Assembly (NCBI GenBank): GCA_038229635.1
Contig: JBBROG010000006.1
Location: 470 to 64,469, forward strand
Source: Gemmatales bacterium
Lineage (GTDB): Bacteria; Planctomycetota; Planctomycetia; Gemmatales; Gemmataceae
Reading direction: 5' to 3'
Length of the DNA stretch: 64,000 nucleotides
Part shown: in pieces, positions 26,073-35,102 of the stretch
Layout of the letters: every line of letters starts with the position of its first letter
Numbering within the stretch: the first letter of the stretch is position 1
Notes under the pieces: model-generated
What the model was told of the DNA's origin: nothing
The model's database searches: none
The model's input: the letters and a program-made list of their open reading frames with translations, nothing else
Program-made: the position numbers and the translations under genes

Positions 26073-28585
26073 TTCTCCGCCGCCGTCCGGCCCGTGATTT
26101 CGAGTTCGAGATATTCAATCGTCCATTTCTCGTCCACCTGACGGACCCCCGTCCCGCCGCCCTCGCGCGCGCCGCCGACGGTCAGGTTGACGTGCAGGCC
26201 GCCGCCCTCGTCCGGGAGGAGCAGGCGCGCGTCGGCGATGTCGACGCGAACGGGGTCGAAGGGGCTTTCCGCGCGGTGGATTTCCGCGGGGACGCCATCC
26301 GCGAAGACAGCGACCGTGACCCGGCGGCCGGGGGCGTCGATCTTGGCGGTCAGCCGAGCCCGCTCGACCGCGAGCGGCAGTACGGCGGCGGGGAGTTGGA
26401 AGCGCAGGCGCATGTCGGCCCCCTGGCGCGACTCCAACGTGAGCCGAGTCGCGCCGCCGCGCACGAGGCGCCGGCAGGGCAGGAACGGCGCCGGGATGGT
26501 CACGCTCGTTCCGGGGGCGGGGCGCTCCAGGCGCAGCGGAATGCGGAGGAGAGCCATCCCGACCGTCCGCGCCTCCGGGGCCAGCGCGAACGGCATGTCG
26601 ATGGGCCTGGCCCACGCCAGGAGGACGGGGCGGTCATCCAGGCGCCCGACCTCGGAAGGGCGCAAGAAGGTGCGGTAGAGGTCCTGGCGCCGCTGCTGGC
26701 GGTCGCTCAGCACGGCGCCGGCCGCGAACTGCCCCGGCGGCAGGACGTCGCCGCCGCCGGCGCGGAAGGCCCCGTCCGGCCCTAGCCGGATCGACAGGTC
26801 ACGCACGCCCGGCGCGTGGAGCAGCGCGTCTTCCAGGTCGTGGAAAGGCCCCGTCGCCAGCGTGCCTTCGACGCCCTCGGGTCCGAGGCGGGCCGCGGCC
26901 GCGAGCGGCTCTCCCGTCGGAGCCGTGAAGCGGTAGGGAGCCCGGCGCACGCCGGCGGGCAGCGACAGGTTCTCCCAGTGCCAGGAGTCGAGGTCGGTCC
27001 GGATCAGGCGACGATTCTGCTCTTCGAGACCCGTCATATCCAGTTCAAAGAAGCCCCCCTTCGTCGCCCCGACGTCCGCCGGCCCCGAGTCCGGCCGGTA
27101 CAGCGCCAGCAGCCCGTGGACCGGCGCTTCCTCCGTGCCGGCGACGGCGTCGACGACCTGAGCGGCGGCCACCGTGGGCGGCACGGCCCGGCGCGACCAC
27201 TCGCCCAGCGCGACGAACGCGCCCGCCGCGCCCAGCGCCGCCGCCGGACCCAGCCAGCCGAGCAGTTCCGGCCGGCGCCCTCTCCTAAGAATGAGTCCCA
27301 GCGCCAGCGTCGCCAGCAGAAAGGTCCCGAAGATCAGCCCCGCCGTGCCGCGGCCGACGACCGCGTAGCCGATCTCCTCGGTCAGCGCGGTCTGGAACGC
27401 CTCGTCGGGGGCGGAATCCTCTTCCGGCCGCGGCGGCAGTTCGACCGACAGCACTTGCAGATGGGGCAGCGACACGGGAAGCGCGGGGAAGAACTCGAAC
27501 GGCGAGGGCGGGTCGGTGCGGGTGCGCGGCCGATACCAGCCGCGCGGGCCGAGCGTCGTGAAGACGACCTTTCCTCGCCCCACGCGCCGGACGAACCAGG
27601 CGGGCCAGCCGTCGACGGTGTGCCGCACCCGCTCCTCCGCCGGCAGGAGAACGCGGACGAAGTCGACGGGCCGCTCGTGTCGCTGGGCCGGCGCTTCGGC
27701 GACATTCGGCCCCGGCGGTTGCGACTCGACCTGGAAGGAAGTCAGGCTGACGCGGTCGACGACCTGGAAATCGAGGGCGTCGCCGAGGAGGGGGGCGATC
27801 ACGTCCGGCTCGACCCGGTCCAGCATCACCCACAGAGTGCCGCCCCGCTCCACCCACCGGCGCAGCGCCTGCGACCCGGCGGGGTCGTGCGCGACGCGCC
27901 CGGAGGCGAGGACGAAATGGTCGACCCCGTCGAACGCCTCGGGCGCCGGCGGCATCGGGCCGGCGCCGACGATCTGGACCGACTCGGACAACTCGTGCGC
28001 CTGCCGAAAGGTGCGGACGAGGCGGAGGGCCTCGTCGTTGGCGGAATCCGGTTGGGGGAGTTGGCCAAAAACGATCTCTTCGGGCGGTTCCTCGTCGAGC
28101 AGGACCGCCGTGAACGCCGCGCGCTTCTGGTAAAGCACGGCGCGGGAGCGCACGCGCTCCTCGCCGCGGGGAAGAATCAAGCGCTCCTCCTTCCCCGCGC
28201 GCTCGTAGAGGAGCATCTGGATTTCGCGGGCGCGGGCGGAAGGCTGCGGGCTCGCCGGGCCGACGAGCAGCCACGTCGCCAGGGTCGCGCGGGCGGGCAC
28301 CCAGACGTCGCGGCCGTACTGCAAGTCGGGCCGCCCGTCGTAGAAGACGAGGACGCGGGCCTGGCGGTCGACGTCGGTCAGATTCGTCAGGCTGAAGTCG
28401 AACGCGCCCCAGCTCTCCGTCGTGGAGACGCGGACGCCGCCCGGCAAGACGCCGCCGAGGCGCAGCGGCGGCGTCTCGTCGACTTGGGCCGTCGCCCGAG
28501 GGCAGGCGAGGAGGCAAAGGCAGAGCGCCGCCACTCGGCGGGCCGAGGCCGGGCGAGGAGGCACGTCACGGTCGGAAAGATCCAT
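26069..28585 (-). CDS. Large signal-anchored protein of unknown function, first gene of ABC operon
   Basis: It is 838 aa with an N-terminal signal (AALCLCLLACPRATAQ) and one internal TM segment. There is a 4-nt overlap with the ABC ATPase start. Confidence 0.7.
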   Translation of the reverse strand: MDLSDRDVPPRPASARRVAALCLCLLACPRATAQVDETPPLRLGGVLPGGVRVSTTESWGAFDFSLTNLTDVDRQARVLVFYDGRPDLQYGRDVWVPARATLATWLLVGPASPQPSARAREIQMLLYERAGKEERLILPRGEERVRSRAVLYQKRAAFTAVLLDEEPPEEIVFGQLPQPDSANDEALRLVRTFRQAHELSESVQIVGAGPMPPAPEAFDGVDHFVLASGRVAHDPAGSQALRRWVERGGTLWVMLDRVEPDVIAPLLGDALDFQVVDRVSLTSFQVESQPPGPNVAEAPAQRHERPVDFVRVLLPAEERVRHTVDGWPAWFVRRVGRGKVVFTTLGPRGWYRPRTRTDPPSPFEFFPALPVSLPHLQVLSVELPPRPEEDSAPDEAFQTALTEEIGYAVVGRGTAGLIFGTFLLATLALGLILRRGRRPELLGWLGPAAALGAAGAFVALGEWSRRAVPPTVAAAQVVDAVAGTEEAPVHGLLALYRPDSGPADVGATKGGFFELDMTGLEEQNRRLIRTDLDSWHWENLSLPAGVRRAPYRFTAPTGEPLAAAARLGPEGVEGTLATGPFHDLEDALLHAPGVRDLSIRLGPDGAFRAGGGDVLPPGQFAAGAVLSDRQQRRQDLYRTFLRPSEVGRLDDRPVLLAWARPIDMPFALAPEARTVGMALLRIPLRLERPAPGTSVTIPAPFLPCRRLVRGGATRLTLESRQGADMRLRFQLPAAVLPLAVERARLTAKIDAPGRRVTVAVFADGVPAEIHRAESPFDPVRVDIADARLLLPDEGGGLHVNLTVGGAREGGGTGVRQVDEKWTIEYLELEITGRTAAEK

Positions 28586-28610
28586 CGGTTGTCCGCGTTG
28601 TCGGGAGAAG

Positions 28611-29417
28611 TCACGGCCGCGGCCCGCGCGACCGCAACCATTCGTCGAGCCACGCCGCGTCGGCCGGCGTCAGCGCGCCGGGAGGGGCGCGGCGGTAATC
28701 CACCTGGCGCGCGTAGCTGCCCTCGTTGTAGCACCGGTCGAACAGCGCTTGCAGTTCGACGACCAGGTCCGGGTCGCCGTCGGCCAGCGGGACGCGAAAG
28801 CGCGGCAACCGCTGCCGCAAAGTGACGGCCCACACCTCGAAGCGCCGCTTCAACCCCCCTCGCCCTCCCCGGTGAAGACTGACGGTGTAGTGCCAGTGAC
28901 CCGAAGGAGGGAGCGGCGCTTCCGGCGCGGCGACCGTGTGCCGCCCGGCTCGAAGCAGGTCGATCTCGATCAGGTGCGTCGTGCTGGCAAGGACCGCCTG
29001 TTGCTTCGCGAGGTACAATTCGCGCCGGCCTTCGCCCGCCGCCTTGTTGCTCGGGCTGAGGACTTCGAGAGTCGTCACGACGCGCCCCGGCGCCCCGACC
29101 CGGACGATTTCGATAAAGCCTTCGCGCACCTCGACCGCTTCCACCTCGACGACCAGCGGCTCGTCACTCGCCACGGCCACGGCGGACCCGTTCCCCGCGG
29201 GATCGGCGAGGGGCGGCCGCCGCGCGACGGAAGCGTCGGGGTAGATGTCGCGCTCCTGTTGCACGACGTAGAGCCGTTCGTTGATGTTGGCGACGTATCC
29301 CGCCGGGAGGAGCGCGTTGATCCGCCCGCGGAGGAACGTAATCAGGTCGTGGTGGACCCCCGGCCACAGGACCGCGTCTTCGAGATAGGGGTCCATCCCC
29401 GGAAAGGGACTCGGCAT
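28611..29417 (-). CDS. DUF4058 family protein
   Basis: The N-terminus MPSPFPGMDPYLE and the core TLEVLSPSNK are characteristic. Confidence 0.75.
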   Translation of the reverse strand: MPSPFPGMDPYLEDAVLWPGVHHDLITFLRGRINALLPAGYVANINERLYVVQQERDIYPDASVARRPPLADPAGNGSAVAVASDEPLVVEVEAVEVREGFIEIVRVGAPGRVVTTLEVLSPSNKAAGEGRRELYLAKQQAVLASTTHLIEIDLLRAGRHTVAAPEAPLPPSGHWHYTVSLHRGGRGGLKRRFEVWAVTLRQRLPRFRVPLADGDPDLVVELQALFDRCYNEGSYARQVDYRRAPPGALTPADAAWLDEWLRSRGPRP

Positions 29418-29421
29418 GGCG

Positions 29422-31332
29422 TCACCTCCTCGAACGGCTCGGCGGCTCGCCCGACTCCTTCTTCCCCGGCGCCACCCGGTACTTCACCGTGTTCGGCGTC
29501 TCGTCCGGCGGTGCCTCGTAGGGCAGCGACTTCAAGAACTCGACCAGGTCGTCAATGTCGTCCTTCTTGAGGTGCGACGTTTTGCCGTGCTTGTCCTCCT
29601 TGTTGCACGTCGTCAGCACGTCGCGCAGCGTCTTCGCCGTGCCGTGGTGCAGGTACGGCGCCGTGCGGTAGACGCCGAGGAGCGTCGGCGTGTCGTACTT
29701 CGGCCCCATCTTCTCGCCGGGGTCGTCGCGGCCCGTGCCGATGTCGTGCAGCTTGAACGGCTTCTGCAAGCTGCTGTCGGTGTAGTACGGCCCGCTATGG
29801 CAACTCGCGCAGCCGACTTCCTTGCTGAAGAAGTGGGCCTTGCCGCGCGCGGCGGCGGGCGACAGCTTGCCGGGCGCCGGGGCGTGCGGCGACAGGGTGA
29901 AGTCGAACGAGTTGCTGTAGACCGCGAGGGCGTCGAGGAACTCGGAGCGGCCCGCCATCACCTCGTTCAGCTCCATCGGCTCGAAGCCGCGCTTCGGCTT
30001 GATCTTGCCGCCCAGGAAGCCGGTTCCCTGCATCAGGCGGCCCTGGATCGTGTACTCGAAGTCCTGCACCTCGTCGCGGTCGGCGGACCAGTGCAGCGGG
30101 TGCGTGTGCGCCAGGCCCATCATCGCCGGCGTCTTGCGCAGGCCCTCGGGGTTCCGCCAGACGCGGCCGTCGGAGTGGCCGTCGGGGTGGCACGACGAGC
30201 AGGCGATCCACAGGCGCGACGTCAGCGGCCGCTTCGCCGTGTTGAAGACGATCTTGCCGGCGACCCACTCCGGCGTCTTCGGCGGGTCGCACACCGTCAC
30301 CGTCGCGACCGGCCGCATGTCCGGGTCGTGGACGCTCACGCTGAAGTCCATCGCGTTGTAGACGTAGACGCGGCTGCCGTCGGGGCTGACGCGGACCGCG
30401 CGCGGGTTGCGGCCGGTGCGCACCTGACTGATCCGTTGCACCTCCTTGAAGTCGTCGTCGAGGACGCCGTGGACGTTCATGTCGTCGGTGGCGGCGTAGA
30501 CCGTGTAGAGGCGGCTCCCGTCCGGCGAGACGTCGGACTCCCACGGGTTGCAGACGACATTGCCGAAGCTGCCGTTGTACGAGTCCATCAGCAGCCCCGT
30601 GCGCCGCCGCGTGCCGTCCGGCGGGACGAGGCTGACGATGGACAAGACGGGGAAGATCGAGCCGTTGCCGTCGATGACCTCGGTCCGCGAGCGGATGTGC
30701 GCCAGGTACGCCTTCGGCCGCTTCGGGTGGACGACGACGTGCCGGGCCAGGTTGTCGGTCGAGTGTCCCTTCCAGCTATCGACGACTTTACCACTCTTCA
30801 GATCGACGGCGTGCAGCACGCCGGTGTGGAACTCGGTGACGTACAGGCGGCTCTCGTCGGGCGACAGGCAGAGGCCGCGTGCGTAGGCGCCGACCTTCAA
30901 CTCGCGCACGACCTTCCGCGTCTCCAGGTCGATCTCGCTGACGGTGCCGGGGTAGTCGTGGCTGACGTAGGCGCGGCGGCCGTCCTTCGTCGCGACGACG
31001 CCGTAGGGCTCGTCGGCGACGGGGAGCGACGAGACGACGCGGCCCTGTTTGGCGTCGAGAAAGACCAGTTTGTCCTCGCGGTAGACGACGACGACGGCGA
31101 TGGGGCCGGCGCCGACCCAGGTGACGCCCTCGGGCTTGTCGCCGACCTTGATCTCGTGCAGCTTCTTGTGGGCGACGGCGTCGACGACGGTGACGGTGCC
31201 GTTGTCGGGGTTGGCGACGAGCAGCAGCTTGCCGTCGGGGGAGACGTCCATCAGACTGTTCGAGGTGTTGGCGGGCAGCGGCGTGGCGAGGACCAGGGCG
31301 GCGAGCAGGGCGGCGGCGCGGCGCAAGGGCAT
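29422..31332 (-). CDS. Beta-propeller (YncE-like repeats) fused to di-haem cytochrome c peroxidase-like domain
   Basis: Repeats of the type SPDG..LYV are present. Haem motifs are CSSCH and CASCH. ATG 31332 gives the signal peptide MPLRRAAALLAALVLA. Confidence 0.8.
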   Translation of the reverse strand: MPLRRAAALLAALVLATPLPANTSNSLMDVSPDGKLLLVANPDNGTVTVVDAVAHKKLHEIKVGDKPEGVTWVGAGPIAVVVVYREDKLVFLDAKQGRVVSSLPVADEPYGVVATKDGRRAYVSHDYPGTVSEIDLETRKVVRELKVGAYARGLCLSPDESRLYVTEFHTGVLHAVDLKSGKVVDSWKGHSTDNLARHVVVHPKRPKAYLAHIRSRTEVIDGNGSIFPVLSIVSLVPPDGTRRRTGLLMDSYNGSFGNVVCNPWESDVSPDGSRLYTVYAATDDMNVHGVLDDDFKEVQRISQVRTGRNPRAVRVSPDGSRVYVYNAMDFSVSVHDPDMRPVATVTVCDPPKTPEWVAGKIVFNTAKRPLTSRLWIACSSCHPDGHSDGRVWRNPEGLRKTPAMMGLAHTHPLHWSADRDEVQDFEYTIQGRLMQGTGFLGGKIKPKRGFEPMELNEVMAGRSEFLDALAVYSNSFDFTLSPHAPAPGKLSPAAARGKAHFFSKEVGCASCHSGPYYTDSSLQKPFKLHDIGTGRDDPGEKMGPKYDTPTLLGVYRTAPYLHHGTAKTLRDVLTTCNKEDKHGKTSHLKKDDIDDLVEFLKSLPYEAPPDETPNTVKYRVAPGKKESGEPPSRSRR

Positions 31333-31420
31333 GGCGTGAAGTCTCCCCGGCGGATGGTTCGGTATGAGGCGCATGACGCCCCATTATGGGCGCGCGCCGG
31401 GGGAATGGGAAGGGAGTCTT

Positions 31421-31460
31421 GCCGCTTGCGGCTTGGCAACAATGCGAAGCCGCAAGCGGC
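31421..31460. repeat. Palindromic hairpin element GCCGCTTGCGGCTT-loop-AAGCCGCAAGCGGC, copy 1
   Basis: A 14-bp perfect stem with a 12-nt loop. The same stem recurs at 33509..33545. Confidence 0.7.
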
Positions 31461-31468
31461 GGCGGAAC

Positions 31469-32341
31469 TCACTTCATCGCGCTGTGCTTCTTGACGAAGT
31501 CGAGCAGCGCCGCCCGCGTCGGGTCCTCGTCCTTCGTCACCATGCCGACGAGGATGCTGATGTGGTCGCGGTCCTCGACCTTCACCACGTCGACGTCGCA
31601 GGTACACTTCTTGAGCGCCTGGCCCATCTGCTCGGCCATGCCGCCGAGCGTCGGCAGGTCGCGGTCGGCGTACATCACCAGGAACGGCGGGTGCTTGCCC
31701 GTGACGTGGTTGAGCGGCGACGCCTGGTTGCACGCCTTCAGGTCGCTGCCGAACGCCCGGGCGATCGGCCCGACGGGGAAGATGCTGTAGACGCCGCTGA
31801 TCGGGATGACCGCCTTGATGTCGGCGGCGGAGCGCTTCTCGGCCTTGAGGTAGCTCTCGTCGGTCGCCAGCAGCGAGACGAGGTGACCGCCGGCGGAGTG
31901 GCCGCAGGCGAAGATCTGGTCGGCCCGCCCGCCGTACTTCTTGATATTGGCACACGTCCACGCGAACGCCTTGGCGACGTCCTGGACGTGCGCCGGGTGC
32001 TGCACCTTCGGCGACAGGCGATAGCTGATGACGACGGTGCCGAGGCCGTGCGAGGCGAACATTTGGCCGAACTTCGTGTAGACCTTGCGGTCGCCGGACT
32101 TCCAGGTGCCGCCGTGGACGAAGAAGAGGACGGGGAAGTCCTTTGGCCCGGCGGGGAGGTACAGGTCGAGTTTTTGCTTGACGGGGTCGGCGTCGGCGGC
32201 GTCGTTGTAGGCGACGTCCTCGACGACCTTGACCTCGTACTTGCCGAGGGCCTTCGGGGCGAGTTTGATGTCGTCGGCCGCCGCGGGCGAGACCGCCACG
32301 GCGCCGGCGAGAAGGAGGAGCAGGGAGCGTGCGAGATTCAT
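31469..32341 (-). CDS. Secreted alpha/beta hydrolase (esterase/lipase-like)
   Basis: A signal peptide, the oxyanion motif HGGTW and the nucleophile elbow GHSAGG are present. Confidence 0.85.
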   Translation of the reverse strand: MNLARSLLLLLAGAVAVSPAAADDIKLAPKALGKYEVKVVEDVAYNDAADADPVKQKLDLYLPAGPKDFPVLFFVHGGTWKSGDRKVYTKFGQMFASHGLGTVVISYRLSPKVQHPAHVQDVAKAFAWTCANIKKYGGRADQIFACGHSAGGHLVSLLATDESYLKAEKRSAADIKAVIPISGVYSIFPVGPIARAFGSDLKACNQASPLNHVTGKHPPFLVMYADRDLPTLGGMAEQMGQALKKCTCDVDVVKVEDRDHISILVGMVTKDEDPTRAALLDFVKKHSAMK

Positions 32342-32549
32342 CGGATGACCCGAACAAGAAAGAGGACGCGGAGACCACCAGGGCTGTTGTTCATTATACC
32401 TTCACGGAGGGCGGAGGTTTCGGGTCGGCGACGCGCGGGCGGGGGATGCCCTGCCGGCCCCGCCTTCACTATTCTTTCACTAGGTCCCCTCCGGCACCGG
32501 GCCGCGGGCGGGGACGCCGCGCACGCCGGCCGACACGAGCGACGGGACC

Positions 32550-33503
32550 ATGAACAACCACAACCGCATGAAGGTCTTCAGCGGCCGGGCGAACATCCCG
32601 CTCGCCGAGAAGATCGCCCGCTGCCTCGACGACGGCCTCGGGAAGATCACCCTCGACAACTTCCCCGACGGCGAAGTCTCCGTGCGCATCGAGGAGGACG
32701 TGCGCGGCCGCGACGTCTTCCTGGTGCAGTCGACCTGCCCCCCCGTCAACAACAACCTCATGGAGCTGTTGATCATGATCGACAGCTTCAAGCGGGCCAG
32801 CGCCGCCCGCATCACCGCCGTGCTCCCCTACTACGGCTACGCCCGCCAGGACCGCAAGGACCAGGGGCGCGTGCCGATCACGGCCAAGCTCGTCGCCGAC
32901 CTCATCACCCGCGCCGGCGCCGACCGCGTCCTCGCCCTCGACCTGCACGCCGCCCAGATCCAGGGCTTCTTCGACATCCCCGTCGACCACCTGCACGGCG
33001 GCCCCGTCATCAACGAGTACATCCGCAGTCTGGAGATCCCGTTACGAGATTTTGTCGTCCTCAGCCCGGACGAGGGGAGCATCAAGCGGGCGCTGATGCA
33101 CCAGAAGAAGCTCGGCGGCGTGATCGCCATCATCGACAAGCGCCGCGCCAGCGCCACGCAGACGCAGGCGGCCAACCTGATCGGCGCGTCGCTCGACGGC
33201 AAGGTGGCGGTCATCTTCGACGACATGATCTCGACGGCGAGTAGCGTCGTCAACGCGGCCAACGTGGCGAAGCTGAACGGGGCGCGCGAGGTCTACGCCT
33301 GCGCCACGCACGCAGTGCTGTGCGGGCGGGCCGTGGAGGAGTTGCGTAACGCGCCGCTCAAGGAGGTCGTCGTCACCGACAGCATCCCGGTGCCGCCGGA
33401 CAAGCAGCTGCCGAACATCAAGGCGCTGAGCGTGTCGAAGCTCCTTGCCGACGCCATCAAGCGCATTCACTACGACGAGTCGGTGAGCAAGCTGTTCGAG
33501 TGA
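32550..33503 (+). CDS. prs: Ribose-phosphate pyrophosphokinase
   Basis: It is full length at 317 aa. Motifs are DLHAAQIQGFFDIPVD and DDMISTASS. Confidence 0.95.
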   Translation: MNNHNRMKVFSGRANIPLAEKIARCLDDGLGKITLDNFPDGEVSVRIEEDVRGRDVFLVQSTCPPVNNNLMELLIMIDSFKRASAARITAVLPYYGYARQDRKDQGRVPITAKLVADLITRAGADRVLALDLHAAQIQGFFDIPVDHLHGGPVINEYIRSLEIPLRDFVVLSPDEGSIKRALMHQKKLGGVIAIIDKRRASATQTQAANLIGASLDGKVAVIFDDMISTASSVVNAANVAKLNGAREVYACATHAVLCGRAVEELRNAPLKEVVVTDSIPVPPDKQLPNIKALSVSKLLADAIKRIHYDESVSKLFE

Positions 33504-33508
33504 GTGAG

Positions 33509-33545
33509 GCCGCTTGCGGCTTCGCACTGCTAAGCCGCAAGCGGC
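33509..33545. terminator. Bidirectional terminator-like hairpin (copy 2 of the GCCGCTTGCGGCTT element)
   Basis: A 14-bp perfect stem with a 9-nt loop, placed exactly between convergent prs and the DUF1080 gene. Confidence 0.65.
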
Positions 33546-33552
33546 GATCCGT

Positions 33553-34878
33553 TTACTTCGTATCCAACCGCTTGATCTGAACGAGGCGGAACGCGACGGG
33601 GTCGTTGTGCCCGCAGAAGCCGAAGTGGCCGGCCGGCCGGTCCTTGCCGGGGTGCGGGCTGTTGGCCATGAACTCCTTGACCTGGCTCAGGTCGGTGTCG
33701 AGGATGCGCGTGCCGTTTAGCTCGACTTGCAGCTTCGGCCCGCGCGCCGTCACCTCGATGAAGTTCCACTCCCCCGTCGTCCGCAGGTAGCCGCGGTGGC
33801 ACGGCACCATGCCGTAGGCGGAGCCGTTGTACTGCCGCTTGTCGAGCTTGGCGTAGTTCGGCGCCGTGTCGTCGAGGATTTGCACCTCGCACATCCCCGA
33901 GTAGGCGCCGTCGCCCTTGCCGGGGTAGCGCAGCGCCAGGCCGTTGTTGCCGGCCGGCGGCAGGCGGTACTCGACGCGGGCGACGAAGTCGCCGTACTCC
34001 TCGTTCGTGTAGATGGTGCCGCCCTTGTGCGGCTTGCAGACGATCGCGCCCTCCTTGACCTCGTAGTTCGCGACGGGGCCGTCCCAGCCGGCGAAGTCCT
34101 TGCCGTTGAAGACCTCCTTGAAGCTCTTCGCGTCGTGCTTGCGCAGGATCTCGTTGGCCTCCGCCGACGGGATCTCGCGGGCGAACATGTTGCGCCAGCG
34201 GATCTCGCCGCCGTGCGTCTGCAGCTGGACCACGCCCTTCTTCGGCAGCGGCAGCTTCTTGCCCCAGAAGTTCTCCAGCCGGGCGAAGTCGACGACGAGC
34301 TTGCCGTTCAGGTACACCGTCGTCCGCTCGCCGATTTGCAGGATGCGGAATGAATTCCACTCGCCGAAGGGCTTATCGGCGAGGACGAGCGGGTCTTTGC
34401 CGGGGGCGCCGGCGCTGTTGTTCCACAGGCCGCCGCTGCCCTTGTCGGCGCCGCTGTTCCACTTGCCGCCCTCTTTGGTGTAGTCCCAGATTTGCACCTG
34501 CGGGGTGGCCTTGAGGTAGATGCCGCTGTCGGCCTTGGCGACGGTCTTGTAGTCGAGGAGCAGTTCGACGTCGCCGAACTCCTTGTCGGTCGTCAGGTAG
34601 GCGCCGTGGCCGTCGTTGACCAGTTCGCCCTTGTCGACGCTCCAGTGCTTCTGGGCGTCCTCGGTCCACTTCTCGATTTGCGCCTTGCGCTCCGCCGCGG
34701 GCAGGGCGGCGAGCTTGTAGGGGTCGAAGTGCGGCATACCGTGCCAGCCGGTCAGGTCGCGGCCGTTGAACAGCGGGGTGAAGCCCTCGGGCGGCTTCGG
34801 AGCGTCGGCGCGAGTCGCGCCGGCGGCGAGGAGGGCCGCGACAACGGCGAGGGCGCGGAGCGGGGGTGCGTGTCTCAT
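33553..34878 (-). CDS. Secreted protein with two DUF1080 (3-keto-disaccharide hydrolase-like) domains
   Basis: There are two copies of the FNGKDL.GW ... F.NI.I pattern, plus a signal peptide. Confidence 0.85.
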   Translation of the reverse strand: MRHAPPLRALAVVAALLAAGATRADAPKPPEGFTPLFNGRDLTGWHGMPHFDPYKLAALPAAERKAQIEKWTEDAQKHWSVDKGELVNDGHGAYLTTDKEFGDVELLLDYKTVAKADSGIYLKATPQVQIWDYTKEGGKWNSGADKGSGGLWNNSAGAPGKDPLVLADKPFGEWNSFRILQIGERTTVYLNGKLVVDFARLENFWGKKLPLPKKGVVQLQTHGGEIRWRNMFAREIPSAEANEILRKHDAKSFKEVFNGKDFAGWDGPVANYEVKEGAIVCKPHKGGTIYTNEEYGDFVARVEYRLPPAGNNGLALRYPGKGDGAYSGMCEVQILDDTAPNYAKLDKRQYNGSAYGMVPCHRGYLRTTGEWNFIEVTARGPKLQVELNGTRILDTDLSQVKEFMANSPHPGKDRPAGHFGFCGHNDPVAFRLVQIKRLDTK

Positions 34879-35055
34879 CGGTAAGTCCTGAAGGAGGGCG
34901 ACCGTCGGCGGGGTGCGAGCGAGCCGAGGCAGATCATAGTCGCCCGCCGCGGCTCATGCCAGTCCCTTGGCGATTTCTTCCCGGTCAACGGGTGCGCGAG
35001 CGGTGAATGGACCCACAAGGCGTCATTCCTTCTTCCTTCTCCTTCCGCCCGTCGG

Positions 35056-35061
35056 TACAAT
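35056..35061 (+). promoter_or_regulatory. TACAAT -10-like box upstream of POT transporter
   Basis: TACAATCG lies 42 nt upstream of ATG 35103. Confidence 0.3.
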
Positions 35062-35102
35062 CGCCTTCGCTCCCCCAGGCTCTCTCCCCGAGGCCGACGC
35101 CG

